A stretch of 58,635 nt of DNA from Opitutia bacterium (GCA_003566375.1 PXDN01000313.1:1-58635), one strand, 5' to 3'; counted from the stretch's first letter, positions 27,589-37,416 are shown. The notes: generated by a model from the letters alone, not told the origin. A program made the numbers and translations.

Positions 27589-27609
27589 CCCGACCAGACT
27601 GCCGCCAAC

Positions 27610-28416
27610 TTACAAGCGCGGGATGGTCAGGCCGCCGTCCACGTGGATCACTTGGCCGGTGGAGTAGGGGAAATCGCCGCGGGCGAGGGCGGCGGCCGCT
27701 TTTCCGATGTCGGCGGGAAGTCCCCAGCGCTTTTGCACGCAGAGCCCATCGGCGATCAACTTGTCGTATTTTTCCGTCACCCCGGAGGTCATGTCGGTTT
27801 TGGTGATGCCGGGGCGGATTTCGTAAACCGGGATGTCGAATTCCCCGAGGCGGGCGGCCCAGAGCAGGGTGGCCATGCCGATGCCGGCTTTGGCCAGGCA
27901 GTATTCCCCGCGGTTGACCGAGGCGATGGTGGCGGAGATCGAACCGACATTGATGACGCAGGCTTGGAACGCGGGATCGGCCCGCTTTTGTTCGATCATC
28001 CAGCGGGCGCCGGCCTGGGTCAAAAAGTAAGGGCCTTTCAAGTTGATCCCCACCACGTAATCAAAGCTTTCCTCGGTCGCCTCCAGAATGTCTTTGCGCT
28101 CCTTTGGCGCGACCCCGGCGTTGTTGACCAAGACGTCGAGCCGCCCGAACTTTTTGCGGATGGCGTCGAGAATGGCGCCGCGGGCGTTGCCGTCGCCGAT
28201 GTCTCCCCGGCAATAGAGCACTTGCCCGCCGAACGAGCGCAAGTGGGTGAGAACCTCGGCCACCGCCGCCTCTTCGCGCATGCCGTTGATGGCGAGATCA
28301 AACCCGTCGCGGGCGAGGTGTTCGGCAATGCCGAGACCGATGCCGCGGCTGCCGCCGGTGACGAGGGCGGCGCGGGCGGGTTTTCCAGCGGAGGACGTGT
28401 TGGCGGGATTGGACAT
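27610..28416 (-). CDS. Short-chain dehydrogenase/reductase (SDR) family oxidoreductase
   Basis: ATG 28416 gives MSNPANTSSAGKPARAALVTGGSRGIGLGIA (TGxxxGxG). Also NNAG and the catalytic Y-x-x-x-K (YCLAKAG). The track start 28452 is a TTG. Confidence 0.85.
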   Translation of the reverse strand: MSNPANTSSAGKPARAALVTGGSRGIGLGIAEHLARDGFDLAINGMREEAAVAEVLTHLRSFGGQVLYCRGDIGDGNARGAILDAIRKKFGRLDVLVNNAGVAPKERKDILEATEESFDYVVGINLKGPYFLTQAGARWMIEQKRADPAFQACVINVGSISATIASVNRGEYCLAKAGIGMATLLWAARLGEFDIPVYEIRPGITKTDMTSGVTEKYDKLIADGLCVQKRWGLPADIGKAAAALARGDFPYSTGQVIHVDGGLTIPRL

Positions 28417-28467
28417 GCCGGGATGATGGAAAAGGGACGACGGTGTTGGCAACTCTTTCGCAGCGAT

Positions 28468-29469
28468 TCAGCCCATTTGCCGAATCGCGCGCGCGGCTGC
28501 CCGGCCGGAGAGCCAGGCTCCTTCAATTTTGCCACCGGCGAATCCGTCCCCGGCCAGGAAAAGCCCGGGGACGCCGGGCGCGGAACCGAACCACTCCGTC
28601 GGCGGGCCGTGCAACGGTCGGGCGAAACGCCAGCGGTGAACCGCGCGGGCGGTGGGTGTCCACAGCCAGTCGTTGCCCGCGAGGTGGGCGGCCCGCTCAA
28701 TCAGCCGGTCACCGGCCTCCTCCAAATCCCGGTCCTGCCAGTCTTCGCTAAAGCCGTCCGCGCCGTGGATCACCACCGTTTGGCCGGGCGGCAACGGGTG
28801 TTTGGCCGAATTCAGTCCGATCCAGCCGACTGTCGCGTCGTCCGCTTGGATCCCGTTCCATTCCGGCTTGGGCGCTTGCGGATACCGGGCCATGACGGCG
28901 AGGCACGGCGCGCAACGGTGGGTCTCCAACTGATTGAGTAAAGTGGCGGGCGGGGTTTCCAAGGTTTGCAGCAGGACGAGGGCTTGTGGCGCGGGAGCGG
29001 TCAGGAGCAGGACCGGCGCGGCGTAAGTTTCTCCCGCTGCGGATACCGCCAGCCAACGGTCGCGCTCCCGCCGCAACGCCGCCACGGTGGTCTCCCCGCG
29101 AACATCGAGACCCGCCGCCAGCGCTTTGCCCAAGCTGTTCATGCCGTCCCGGACGGCAAACCGGGGATGCCCGTCGGCGGCATCCGGCGGTGTCAGGAGG
29201 TGGTTCCGCCACTGGTGGAACCCCCGGCACCATTCAAAGCAGAGGCCGTCGCCCCTCCACCTCTCCACTTGATTTTGAAAGTCCGCATCCCGCGCGGTGA
29301 AGAACTGGGCGCCGTGATCGATGCGTCCGCCTTCCCAGCGCCGGGTGGCGGCCCGCCCGCCCAGCCCACGGCTTTTTTCCAAAATGACGACCTGTTTCCC
29401 GGCCGCCGTCAGCTCGGCGCCCGCCTGCAAACCCGTCACCCCGGCTCCGACGATTATGACATCCACCAT
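28468..29469 (-). CDS. NAD(P)/FAD-dependent oxidoreductase (renalase/amine-oxidase-like, COG3380-type)
   Basis: ATG 29469 gives MVDVIIVGAGVTGLQAGAELTAAGKQVVILEKSRGLGGR (Rossmann GxGxxG). Also IDHGAQFFT and C-terminal LFLAGDGFAGGKIEGAWLSG. The track start 29682 overlaps the divergent gene. Confidence 0.75.
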   Translation of the reverse strand: MVDVIIVGAGVTGLQAGAELTAAGKQVVILEKSRGLGGRAATRRWEGGRIDHGAQFFTARDADFQNQVERWRGDGLCFEWCRGFHQWRNHLLTPPDAADGHPRFAVRDGMNSLGKALAAGLDVRGETTVAALRRERDRWLAVSAAGETYAAPVLLLTAPAPQALVLLQTLETPPATLLNQLETHRCAPCLAVMARYPQAPKPEWNGIQADDATVGWIGLNSAKHPLPPGQTVVIHGADGFSEDWQDRDLEEAGDRLIERAAHLAGNDWLWTPTARAVHRWRFARPLHGPPTEWFGSAPGVPGLFLAGDGFAGGKIEGAWLSGRAAARAIRQMG

Positions 29470-29593
29470 GCTCCGAAGTTGGGGAAAGTCGGTCGCAAGG
29501 CAATTCCCTTGGCACATTTTGGCAATCACGACGCCAACCGCTGTTTTACACGAATGGCTTGACGCGCGGGGAGAGCGCCGCTCCTTCTTCGGC

Positions 29594-31132
29594 ATGACAA
29601 AATGGATCGCGGCTTTCTTTCTTTGCATTTTTCCGGGCGTGTCCGTTCTTCTGGGAGAACGGTTCAGCGTGGTGGTTTTCAATGTGGAAAACCTGTTCGA
29701 CGCCGACGGGGTCGCGCTCTACGAGGATTACCGGCCCCCGGAGGAAGGCGGGAACTACACCCCGCGGCACCTCGCCACGAAATTAACCAACATCGTCGAG
29801 ACTCTCCGTCTTTTTGACCGGGGACGCGGCCCCGACATCGTGCTGTTTCAGGAAATCGAAGCGGACCGCACGCCGAACCTGTGGCACGGGGATTTGGTCA
29901 GGTTTTTGACCGATCACACCGGCACTTCCGTTCAGGAATTGCTGGGGGACGGTTGGGACGGATCGTTGCGGGGAGTCCCGGCTTACGCGTGGCTTTTCAA
30001 GGCGGTGGCCGACGCCCTGCCGCGTGAGTATTTCATGGCGGTGGGTGAATACCGGCGGGAGGGAGAACCGGTCCCGGCGATCGTTAATGTAACCCTGAGC
30101 CGGTTCCCCATCACCGAACAGCGCACCCACCAGAGTCCCCAGGCGCGCGGGACGCTGGAAACCAAACTCGATGTCAGCGGCCATCCGCTGCGCGTTTTCA
30201 ATGCCCATTGGAAGAGTGGCGCGTCGAATGCCGAAATGGAGGTGATCCGGCTCGAAAACGCCCGCGTGGTGCGGGAGCGTTTGGACGAGATATTCCGGGA
30301 GGATCCACATGCCGACGTCATTCTCGGCGGCGATTTCAATTCCCAATACAACCAGCGCGCCCGGTTTCCCGATATGCGCCGCACCGCTCTCAACGACGTG
30401 CTCGGTTCGCAGGGGGATGTGCTGGCGCTGCGCCGGGAGAACGGCCCGGATCTTTACAACCTCTGGTTTGAGTTGCCGCCGGAGAGGCGCGGCAGCGACA
30501 TTTTTCGCGGAAACTGGGGAACGTTGATGCAGATTATCCTCTCCCGGGGCCTGTACGATTACCGGGGAGTGCAATACGTGCCCGGTTCATTCCGCGCGGC
30601 CGCCGTTCCGGGCATGAACGCCGACCCGGTAACCGGCCTGCCGGTGCGCTGGACATTTGCCGGGGAAGCGGGCGCGGGTTTCAGCGACCATTTTCCGATT
30701 TTCGCCTGGTTCAAGGTGGTGGAGGACGATGCCCCCAAGCGGTGGGTATCCCTGGATAATCCCAGCCGCGACGCCGATGGTCCCACAGAACCGGTTCCGA
30801 TTGATTTCGCCGGCGCGCGGTTGGACCTGGCTCCGTCGGCCAACGAAATCGCCGACCGTCAGCCGTTGCAGGGACCGGATTGGGTCGGCCGCGCCCTGCG
30901 GGTGGAGGCGGTGGTTTCGGGCGAACACCCGTTTCGGGTCAAAGTGGGGGAGGAGGAATTTCACATCTGGTCGTTTGACGGGGAACTGCGCCAGCGGATT
31001 TATTCCGAATACGCTCCGGGTGACCGAATCGAATTCGTGGGCGAATTGGGACGGCACCGGGGCAACTGGCAGTTCGTCATCCAGCACGAAAGCTGGTTGA
31101 AAACGAAACAACCGGCCGCGGCGCGCCGCTGA
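29594..31132 (+). CDS. Secreted endonuclease/exonuclease/phosphatase (EEP) family protein, ExeM/NucH-like, with OB-fold-like C-terminus
   Basis: ATG 29594 gives the MTKWIAAFFLCIFPGVSVLLG signal/anchor. EEP motifs: VVVFNVENLFD, IVLFQEIE, VFNAHWKSG, ILGGDFN, FSDHFPIFAWF. The C-terminal ~75 aa (LRVEAVVSGE..FRVKVGEEEFHIW...GDRIEFVGELGRHRGNWQFVI) looks like an OB-fold. Confidence 0.75.
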   Translation: MTKWIAAFFLCIFPGVSVLLGERFSVVVFNVENLFDADGVALYEDYRPPEEGGNYTPRHLATKLTNIVETLRLFDRGRGPDIVLFQEIEADRTPNLWHGDLVRFLTDHTGTSVQELLGDGWDGSLRGVPAYAWLFKAVADALPREYFMAVGEYRREGEPVPAIVNVTLSRFPITEQRTHQSPQARGTLETKLDVSGHPLRVFNAHWKSGASNAEMEVIRLENARVVRERLDEIFREDPHADVILGGDFNSQYNQRARFPDMRRTALNDVLGSQGDVLALRRENGPDLYNLWFELPPERRGSDIFRGNWGTLMQIILSRGLYDYRGVQYVPGSFRAAAVPGMNADPVTGLPVRWTFAGEAGAGFSDHFPIFAWFKVVEDDAPKRWVSLDNPSRDADGPTEPVPIDFAGARLDLAPSANEIADRQPLQGPDWVGRALRVEAVVSGEHPFRVKVGEEEFHIWSFDGELRQRIYSEYAPGDRIEFVGELGRHRGNWQFVIQHESWLKTKQPAAARR

Positions 31133-31172
31133 CCGGTTGTTTCCGAATAGTCAAAAAATCCGGAGGAGGGAA

Positions 31173-31883
31173 TCAGTTGCGAATGGTTCCCGAATTGGCG
31201 GGGAAATTTTCCGGCATGAGAAACTCGGCATGCCCGTCAAAGAAAACAAAATTGCGGCCGCCGTTGTGAACGGGACCAACATTGGCCGAAAGCGGAACAC
31301 TCCCTGAACCCAAAGCACCGCCGATGTTGGCCGCGCTGTAATTCCAACCGTCCACGTCGGAAATCATCCAGATGCGGTGCTTTTCCCGCACCATACTGCC
31401 CGGCGGGGTGCGGGTGGGGGAAATGATTTGCTCTATGCTGAGCGGCAAGTCGTTCGATCCCGGATACCCAAACCAGCGGGGGGGGTTGGTGCTTTGGTTG
31501 TTGATCAGCAAGAACGCCACGCTTCCGGGATTGTCCGTTTCATCAAAATACAATGCGTTGGTTGGGCATTCCCAGACGTCGGAGCGAGTGCCCACGTAGG
31601 AATCCATGTTCCAATTCAATTCCCGGAAATCTTCCGTTCCAGTGGTTCGGCGCACGCGCCGGAAGATGGGACCGGGCAGAACACCGTTTTCACTTTCATA
31701 AAGAATGACGGCTAATGCGACTTGGCGCATGTTGCTCATGCACTGGGAGCGGCGGGCGTTTTCCCGCACGGCGCCGACGACCGGAATCAATATGGCGGCC
31801 AATATGCCGATAATGGCGATGACCGTGAGTAGTTCAATGAGGGTGAAACCCCGTGTGTTTGCATTGCGTGCGGATTTTTTCAT
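31173..31883 (-). CDS. Prepilin-type N-terminal cleavage/methylation domain protein (pseudopilin-like, H-X9-DG family)
   Basis: 236 aa. N-terminal GFTLIELLTVIAIIGILAAILIPVVGAVRENARR and C-terminal HNGGRNFVFFDGH (H-X9-DG). Confidence 0.85.
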   Translation of the reverse strand: MKKSARNANTRGFTLIELLTVIAIIGILAAILIPVVGAVRENARRSQCMSNMRQVALAVILYESENGVLPGPIFRRVRRTTGTEDFRELNWNMDSYVGTRSDVWECPTNALYFDETDNPGSVAFLLINNQSTNPPRWFGYPGSNDLPLSIEQIISPTRTPPGSMVREKHRIWMISDVDGWNYSAANIGGALGSGSVPLSANVGPVHNGGRNFVFFDGHAEFLMPENFPANSGTIRN

Positions 31884-32072
31884 GAGATAAACTTTTACTT
31901 ATTCACAAGATAATTTTGCCTGTTGTTAGGGACAATCTGAAATAAATCAGCCGCCACCCGATTGGTCAAATGTTCCCATGTTTTTTTTGATTTCCCGGTA
32001 TTTCGCAGTTCCAAATGCCCTATCCGTTTGAGTTTACAACACTCCATGCTACCCTGCGTTTTCACCTTCACC

Positions 32073-32651
32073 ATGAATTTTAACACGGGGTCGGCGGGTC
32101 GTTTTCCCGCCATGATTATGATTTCAATGACATTGTTGGCCGGCGGGTGCCAATCCACCGGCCGCCAGCCGCCGCTGGAGGCCATGGACCGCAAGGTCGA
32201 TCTGGAGCGGTACATGGGGGATTGGCATGTCATTGCCAACATCCCCACTTTTATCGAACGGGGAGCGCATAACGCGGTGGAAACGTATGAGCTGAACGAG
32301 GATGGCACCATCGCGACAACGTTTCGGTTCAACCGGGGTTCGTTTGACGGTCCGGTGCGGACTTTGCGTCCGAAGGGATTTGTCCACAACACGGAGACCA
32401 ACGCCGAGTGGCGCATGCGATTCATTTGGCCCTTCAAGGCCGCGTTTCTCATCATCCATTTGGACGAGGACTACGAAACGACCATCGTCGGCGTGCCGAG
32501 CCGGAGTTACCTTTGGATCATGGCCCGCGATCCCGTGATTTCCGATGAGACGTATCGGAAATTGTTGGACGTGGCCGCCTCCACCGGCCATGACGTCGGG
32601 AAGATTCAGCGGGTGCCCCAGCAACCGCTGGAGGAACGGGAAGGAAACTGA
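32073..32651 (+). CDS. blc: Outer-membrane lipocalin (Blc-like lipoprotein)
   Basis: ATG 32073 gives MNFNTGSAGRFPAMIMISMTLLAGGC (lipobox). Lipocalin motifs: LERYMGDWHVIANIP, YETTIVGVPSRSYLWIMARDP. Confidence 0.8.
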   Translation: MNFNTGSAGRFPAMIMISMTLLAGGCQSTGRQPPLEAMDRKVDLERYMGDWHVIANIPTFIERGAHNAVETYELNEDGTIATTFRFNRGSFDGPVRTLRPKGFVHNTETNAEWRMRFIWPFKAAFLIIHLDEDYETTIVGVPSRSYLWIMARDPVISDETYRKLLDVAASTGHDVGKIQRVPQQPLEEREGN

Positions 32652-32823
32652 ACCGGATGGCACTGAGAGCATCAAGAGTCATTGTTTAGTGTGGAAGAGG
32701 CTTTGACACGACTGAGCTTGCCGCGGGCCAGCCGCTTCAATGGGCCAAAGTGGCGATTCTTTCATGGGCTTGTCTGGGTTCTTTAAAGACCCACTCCTCC
32801 CAAGCCTCCACAGCCGCCGGGTC

Positions 32824-34950
32824 CTACCGGCCATCAGTGACTTCGATGCGGTGGTCGTCGAAAATGGTGATGGTTTCGCGGCCCCGGGGGCCATCCACCG
32901 TGATGGCGTGGCCTCCATTTATCCGGGTGTGGCTGACACCGCTCACCGTGGCTTCCCGCCCGCGGCGGACCGGCTCGATCACGGCGGCGAATTCGGCGGT
33001 GCGGCCCCGCCTGGTGACGAACATCAGGGGAACCCGTTCCTCCGCGCGCGCCCCTGGGCCGTCGGCCAAGGTCAGCACGGTTTCGGAATTGGCTCCGGCC
33101 ATGGTGACGCGGGTGGTCACCGGGTCGTCCTCGAAGGCAACCGCCAGGGTTCCGCGCGCGTTCCCGCGCCGGATGTCGTCCAAAAATTCCAGCCCCGGCG
33201 CCTTTTCCGGCAAGGTTGTTTCGGCGCGGGCCTGGGGGGAGACCGCCCGCTCGCCCAGATTGTGGTAAAACCAGTCGAAGCGCCGGGGATTGCCCGCGGC
33301 GAGCCGGTCAAACACCAGCAGGTAGCGATCATTCTGATACAACGTGCGGATGTGTTCAACTCCCGGGTGGGCGTCGGTTACCCGGGCGGTGGCGGCGGCT
33401 CGTTTGGGCGTTTGAAGAAATTGCAGCAACTCGCCGCCCGATGCCGTTTGGGGCTCCAAATCGACCAGCACGGTGTTGTGGCTGATGGTCGACCGGTACC
33501 AATTCCGGTGAATGGGCAACCGGTAGGCTTGGGAAGCGGCCCGTCCGCGGTCCACGCCGAGTTCGCGCCCGTGGCCGAAGAGGACGAAGCTGAGCTGGTC
33601 GAAATGGGCATGAAAGCCGCCGTGGGGGGCGAATTGAAAAGCCGCGCTCAGGCCGGCGCCGCCTTCGGTCCGCAACATGGCGTGCCCGGTTTCACGCAGG
33701 GCGACCGAGGGCAGGGGAGGGATTTCGCCCCGGCCTTCAACATCCATGTTGCCGTGGAGCAGGGCGTGCATGCCGGGTTCCACCGGCAGCATCGCCCTCA
33801 GCTCAGGCTCGCCGTAGGCGCGGTAGGCGGCCTCCATCAAATCGGGCGAGCCGCGGCCGAATCGGGTCAGTTCCACGGTGGTGGCGTTGCCGAAGCGCGG
33901 CAGGGTGCCGTCCGCCATCAGGTAATCGACCGGCAGGGTGAACATCCGCTTCATGGAGGGATGGCTCCACAGGTCGAGGCCAAGGTGGCCCGCTCCCATT
34001 GCTTGCCGGGCCAGCGCGGTCAGGGTGTAAAAATGGTAACTCCAGCTTCCCTCATACCACATGCCGTCGGAGGTTATGGATTCTTCCATTTGAAAAAAGA
34101 ATCCGTGTTCCGGATCGAGAACGGTGCTCCGCAACAATTCTTCGTCTCCGATGACGGCGGCAATCCAAAAGAGGCCGGCGTTGTGAAAACTCTGCCAGTT
34201 TCCCCGTCCGCGTTTGAGCCGCTGCAAGCTTTCAATCATCGGGTCGAGCAGGCCTTCGCGGAGCTTCCGATGGTCTTCGGCGTTCATCACGCCGGAGTCG
34301 TGGATCAGGTCATACGCCGGGGCGATGTTGCGGAGCAGGTACATGGCCTCGGTCAGGGTTTGGTCGAAAAGGCGGCCGCCCGCGCGCCGGGCGTAGTCGG
34401 AGTCGGCCCGCGAGGCTTGGCGGTAAGGGTAGGTGAGGTAGCGTTCGGCGTAGCCGAGCAGCACGTCCCGGGCAAATTCGGCATACCGGGTCTCTCCGGT
34501 CAGGGCGTAAGCCCAGGCGGCCTCGGTCATGCGTTGCAAATTGCGGGTGTGCGTGCGCCGGAACACCACGTCGTCATACGGTTCGCCTGAATAAACTTTA
34601 TCGCACGAGGGGCAGCGGTGTTCGGTTTCACTGACGGTTCTGAGCGGGCGCTGGCAGTCGTCACATTGATACCACTGGTTATGATGGCCTCCGCGGGGTG
34701 GAAAGGCGAGGTCATTCTCCAGCGCCTGACTTCCGCGGCGGATCATTCGCTGCAGTTCGGGGGCGTTGCTCCCCCCGCGTTCCAACTCGGCCCGCAGGGT
34801 TTCCAAGCCCCCCGGCGGCAGCGTGATCACCGGATGGGAACGCCCGGCCGGCAGGCGGATTTCCGGTGGCGTCCACTCCGAGGCTCCGGCCGCCAATGCA
34901 AACGCCGTGAGAAGATAACAAATCAGAAAATTTCGGTGAATCATGGTCAT
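32824..34950 (-). CDS. Heparinase II/III-family (alginate-lyase-like N-domain) polysaccharide lyase-like protein
   Basis: ATG 34950/34944 gives the signal peptide MTMIHRNFLICYLLTAFALAAGA. Alpha/alpha toroid-like N-half. The Hepar_II_III-like FAPHGGFHAHFDQLSFVLFGHGRELGVDRG motif is present, with an internal CxxC...CxxC at 34603-34665. Confidence 0.7.
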   Translation of the reverse strand: MTMIHRNFLICYLLTAFALAAGASEWTPPEIRLPAGRSHPVITLPPGGLETLRAELERGGSNAPELQRMIRRGSQALENDLAFPPRGGHHNQWYQCDDCQRPLRTVSETEHRCPSCDKVYSGEPYDDVVFRRTHTRNLQRMTEAAWAYALTGETRYAEFARDVLLGYAERYLTYPYRQASRADSDYARRAGGRLFDQTLTEAMYLLRNIAPAYDLIHDSGVMNAEDHRKLREGLLDPMIESLQRLKRGRGNWQSFHNAGLFWIAAVIGDEELLRSTVLDPEHGFFFQMEESITSDGMWYEGSWSYHFYTLTALARQAMGAGHLGLDLWSHPSMKRMFTLPVDYLMADGTLPRFGNATTVELTRFGRGSPDLMEAAYRAYGEPELRAMLPVEPGMHALLHGNMDVEGRGEIPPLPSVALRETGHAMLRTEGGAGLSAAFQFAPHGGFHAHFDQLSFVLFGHGRELGVDRGRAASQAYRLPIHRNWYRSTISHNTVLVDLEPQTASGGELLQFLQTPKRAAATARVTDAHPGVEHIRTLYQNDRYLLVFDRLAAGNPRRFDWFYHNLGERAVSPQARAETTLPEKAPGLEFLDDIRRGNARGTLAVAFEDDPVTTRVTMAGANSETVLTLADGPGARAEERVPLMFVTRRGRTAEFAAVIEPVRRGREATVSGVSHTRINGGHAITVDGPRGRETITIFDDHRIEVTDGR

Positions 34951-35039
34951 GACAGGGATGATGCCTAAAGACCGACAATGCCGGCGCGCAAGTGTTCGGT
35001 TCAACCGGGGTTTGTTTGAAAGATGCTGGTTGGACACGC

Positions 35040-37232
35040 TCACGGCACGTCCGCTTCAACCGCCAGCCGCAGAAAAAGACGGTCCCCGGTTTCCCCGCTT
35101 TTCACCCGGGCTTCGCGATGGTTGCCGGGCAAATCCCGGATTTCCAAATCCGGATAGTCCCGCGTCCAGAAAACCAGGTCGGGGGAAATTTCCGGGATGT
35201 AGCGGAGTTCCGCACGCGGTTCCCGCCAGGTTAGAACGGTGGAGGGAGCGGGGCCGGTTTCCATGGATAACGCGACCGCTTCCCCCGGGAAACCGAGACG
35301 CGGATCCAAATCCAGGGCATAGGCCAAAAGGTTGGGCAGGCCGCGGCCAAACGGATCGGCCCGCGAGCCGCGGCTTTCCTCCGGGATGTCCGGATGCAAC
35401 GCCGTCCACGCCGCGTAAGCCGGGGAGAGGGGACCGGCGACAAAGGGAATGGTCACGGTTTCGGGCAGGGGCACGCCGGTGGCCGACAGCAGCGAGGGGG
35501 TCAGCTCGATCAGGTAAGGTTCATAATCCCGCAGGGGCAGGCCGGGCTCGAACCGCAACCGCGTGTCCTGACGGGTGGCGCTCCACTCTCCCGCCACCTC
35601 CGCGCCGTCCGCCGCCCGGAGAATCCGGACTCCTCCCTCTCCGACGGAGGCGGCGTCCACCGCCCGCGCGAAGGCCAGGGTGATCGGGCCGGTTTCAGCC
35701 AAATCACCGATCCCTCCCTCCGGCAGGAGTTCGGCGGGCGGCAATTGCCGGGTGCGCCCGCGCGGGTCGTCCGCTTCGCTTCCCGCCGCCGGGAAGGAAT
35801 GCAGCAAAACCGGAGCGGCCTCCTCCGGGCGGGTCAGGTGGGCTTCGAAAAAGCGGAGCGTCATTTCGTAACGGTCGGCCTGATACAGGTTGTCGAAATT
35901 CCGGGGCAGGGTGTGGCCGAGGTCGGTCATCCAGAGGGCAAGGTGGTTGAGGCCGTGCTCTTCGTAAACCCCAACCAAGTCCGGAAAGACATCCCAGTGG
36001 TTGAATTCGTCAAAGCGCCCGCAGGCGATGACCGTGGGGACGTTGCGGGGGGAAACGTATTGGGTGCGGCGGGTGCCGTTGCCCATCGATTGGTAACCGA
36101 CGTTGATGCGGCTGGACCGCCACGGCCATGGTTGCGCTTCGGGAGATCCCTGGGGGTGCCCGGAAAACGAAAAATGCTCCGATTGGCGAACGTGGTCCGG
36201 ATCCGAAAGACGGGTGACCGCGTAGGCGCCCTTGGAGTGGCCCATCGCACCGATGCGGTCGGGGTCGATTCCATACGCGTTGGCGTGAAACCGGAAAAAC
36301 CGCGCCGCGGCGGTTGCCGCCGCCAAGCCGTTCCAATCATCAAGCGAATATTGACTCCAGTAGCCGTAATGAAAATGACGGGCGAGCGGATTCCAACAAT
36401 GGTCGGTTATCGCCCAGGCCATGCCCCGGTTGACGAACCCGATGGGAAACGGGGCGCGGTCGATCTCCACGCGGTGGCCCCGCATCCGTTCGCTTTGGGT
36501 GGCGCTTTCGAATACCAGGGGCACTGGTTGCGCGGGTTGCGACGGATAGATGATGTCGAGCGACAACCGGTAATCGATCTCCTCCCCGTCCGGACCGCGC
36601 ATCTCCTCCGGACTGGCGGCCGGAGCCACCCCGAACTGGCTCACCACATGACCGTTGTATGTGTTCAGAATTCGCTGCAACGTGCCGTGCGCCCCGTGGC
36701 GGGCAACATCCCAGTAAAACAAATCCCGCTCCAAGCGGTACCCTTCCGGCAGCACGAACACGTCGAGGGGATGCGGTTGCAGGGAACTTCCGGCAAAGAG
36801 GGATGTTTGGTTGTGGCCAAGGACAAAATGGCGGAAACCGGCCAAATCCCAATCAATGGCCGGGGAAACCGCCGCCGGGTCTCCTTCGTAGTCGAGGACC
36901 GCGACCAGATACCCCCCGTCCAAAAAATCGAGCAGAATCGTTTCATCCGGCTCGGTTCCCACGCGTTCCCACGCGGGATTGCGCACGTAGGCGATAACCG
37001 GACGCGGTTCACTGTCGGCGGGATTGTCGGCCAGCACCCGGTAGGTGATGGTTTTGCCCACCCGTTCGGAAACCCAGGTGCCGGAGAACCTCTCGAAAGC
37101 CGAAACCGATTCCGGCAAGGCCGCCGCGGGGGCGGGCGCAAACCCGGCGGCGCAGATCAGGAGGAAGCCAAAACCGGACGCCGAAAGGAACGCCGGCCAA
37201 GGCCACGGTTGGAAACGGAATGGGGATTTCAT
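35040..37232 (-). CDS. Secreted alpha/beta-hydrolase-like protein with Ig-like (SbsA/Big_5-type) domain
   Basis: ATG 37232 gives MKSPFRFQPWPWPAFLSASGFGFLLICAAGFAPAPAAA. Nucleophile elbow GAMGHSKGAY (GxSxG). Ig-like segment PITLAFARAVDAASV...LRFEPGLPL. C-terminal module ...GLPNLLAYALDLDP...EISPDLVFWT...LFLRLAVEA. The track start 37538 is an over-extension. Confidence 0.65.
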   Translation of the reverse strand: MKSPFRFQPWPWPAFLSASGFGFLLICAAGFAPAPAAALPESVSAFERFSGTWVSERVGKTITYRVLADNPADSEPRPVIAYVRNPAWERVGTEPDETILLDFLDGGYLVAVLDYEGDPAAVSPAIDWDLAGFRHFVLGHNQTSLFAGSSLQPHPLDVFVLPEGYRLERDLFYWDVARHGAHGTLQRILNTYNGHVVSQFGVAPAASPEEMRGPDGEEIDYRLSLDIIYPSQPAQPVPLVFESATQSERMRGHRVEIDRAPFPIGFVNRGMAWAITDHCWNPLARHFHYGYWSQYSLDDWNGLAAATAAARFFRFHANAYGIDPDRIGAMGHSKGAYAVTRLSDPDHVRQSEHFSFSGHPQGSPEAQPWPWRSSRINVGYQSMGNGTRRTQYVSPRNVPTVIACGRFDEFNHWDVFPDLVGVYEEHGLNHLALWMTDLGHTLPRNFDNLYQADRYEMTLRFFEAHLTRPEEAAPVLLHSFPAAGSEADDPRGRTRQLPPAELLPEGGIGDLAETGPITLAFARAVDAASVGEGGVRILRAADGAEVAGEWSATRQDTRLRFEPGLPLRDYEPYLIELTPSLLSATGVPLPETVTIPFVAGPLSPAYAAWTALHPDIPEESRGSRADPFGRGLPNLLAYALDLDPRLGFPGEAVALSMETGPAPSTVLTWREPRAELRYIPEISPDLVFWTRDYPDLEIRDLPGNHREARVKSGETGDRLFLRLAVEADVP

Positions 37233-37416
37233 GGAATAAATAGACAACATGGCCTGGAATCCAGGTGAGGCAAGCCGGATGTGTCCGTTCCGGTTTTCCC
37301 GAACGGGGATTCGGTCCCGCGGCGCGGACCGGTTGCAAGGAGCGGCAGGCTTCAGCCGCCGACAGAAACAACCGAACGGGAGAGAAGGAAAAAGCCACAC
37401 AAAATATACGCAATCA

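Noticed and set aside
32740-34590. Large antisense ORFs 32740..34590 +, 35394..37268 +, 38022..39443 +, 40088..42256 +, 44199..45827 +, 49833..50753 -
   Set aside because: Same reasoning: low-complexity, Arg/Gly/Pro-rich translations opposite genes with clear heparinase-like, alpha/beta-hydrolase, AlkP-EEP, GH15-like, sulfatase and permease signatures.
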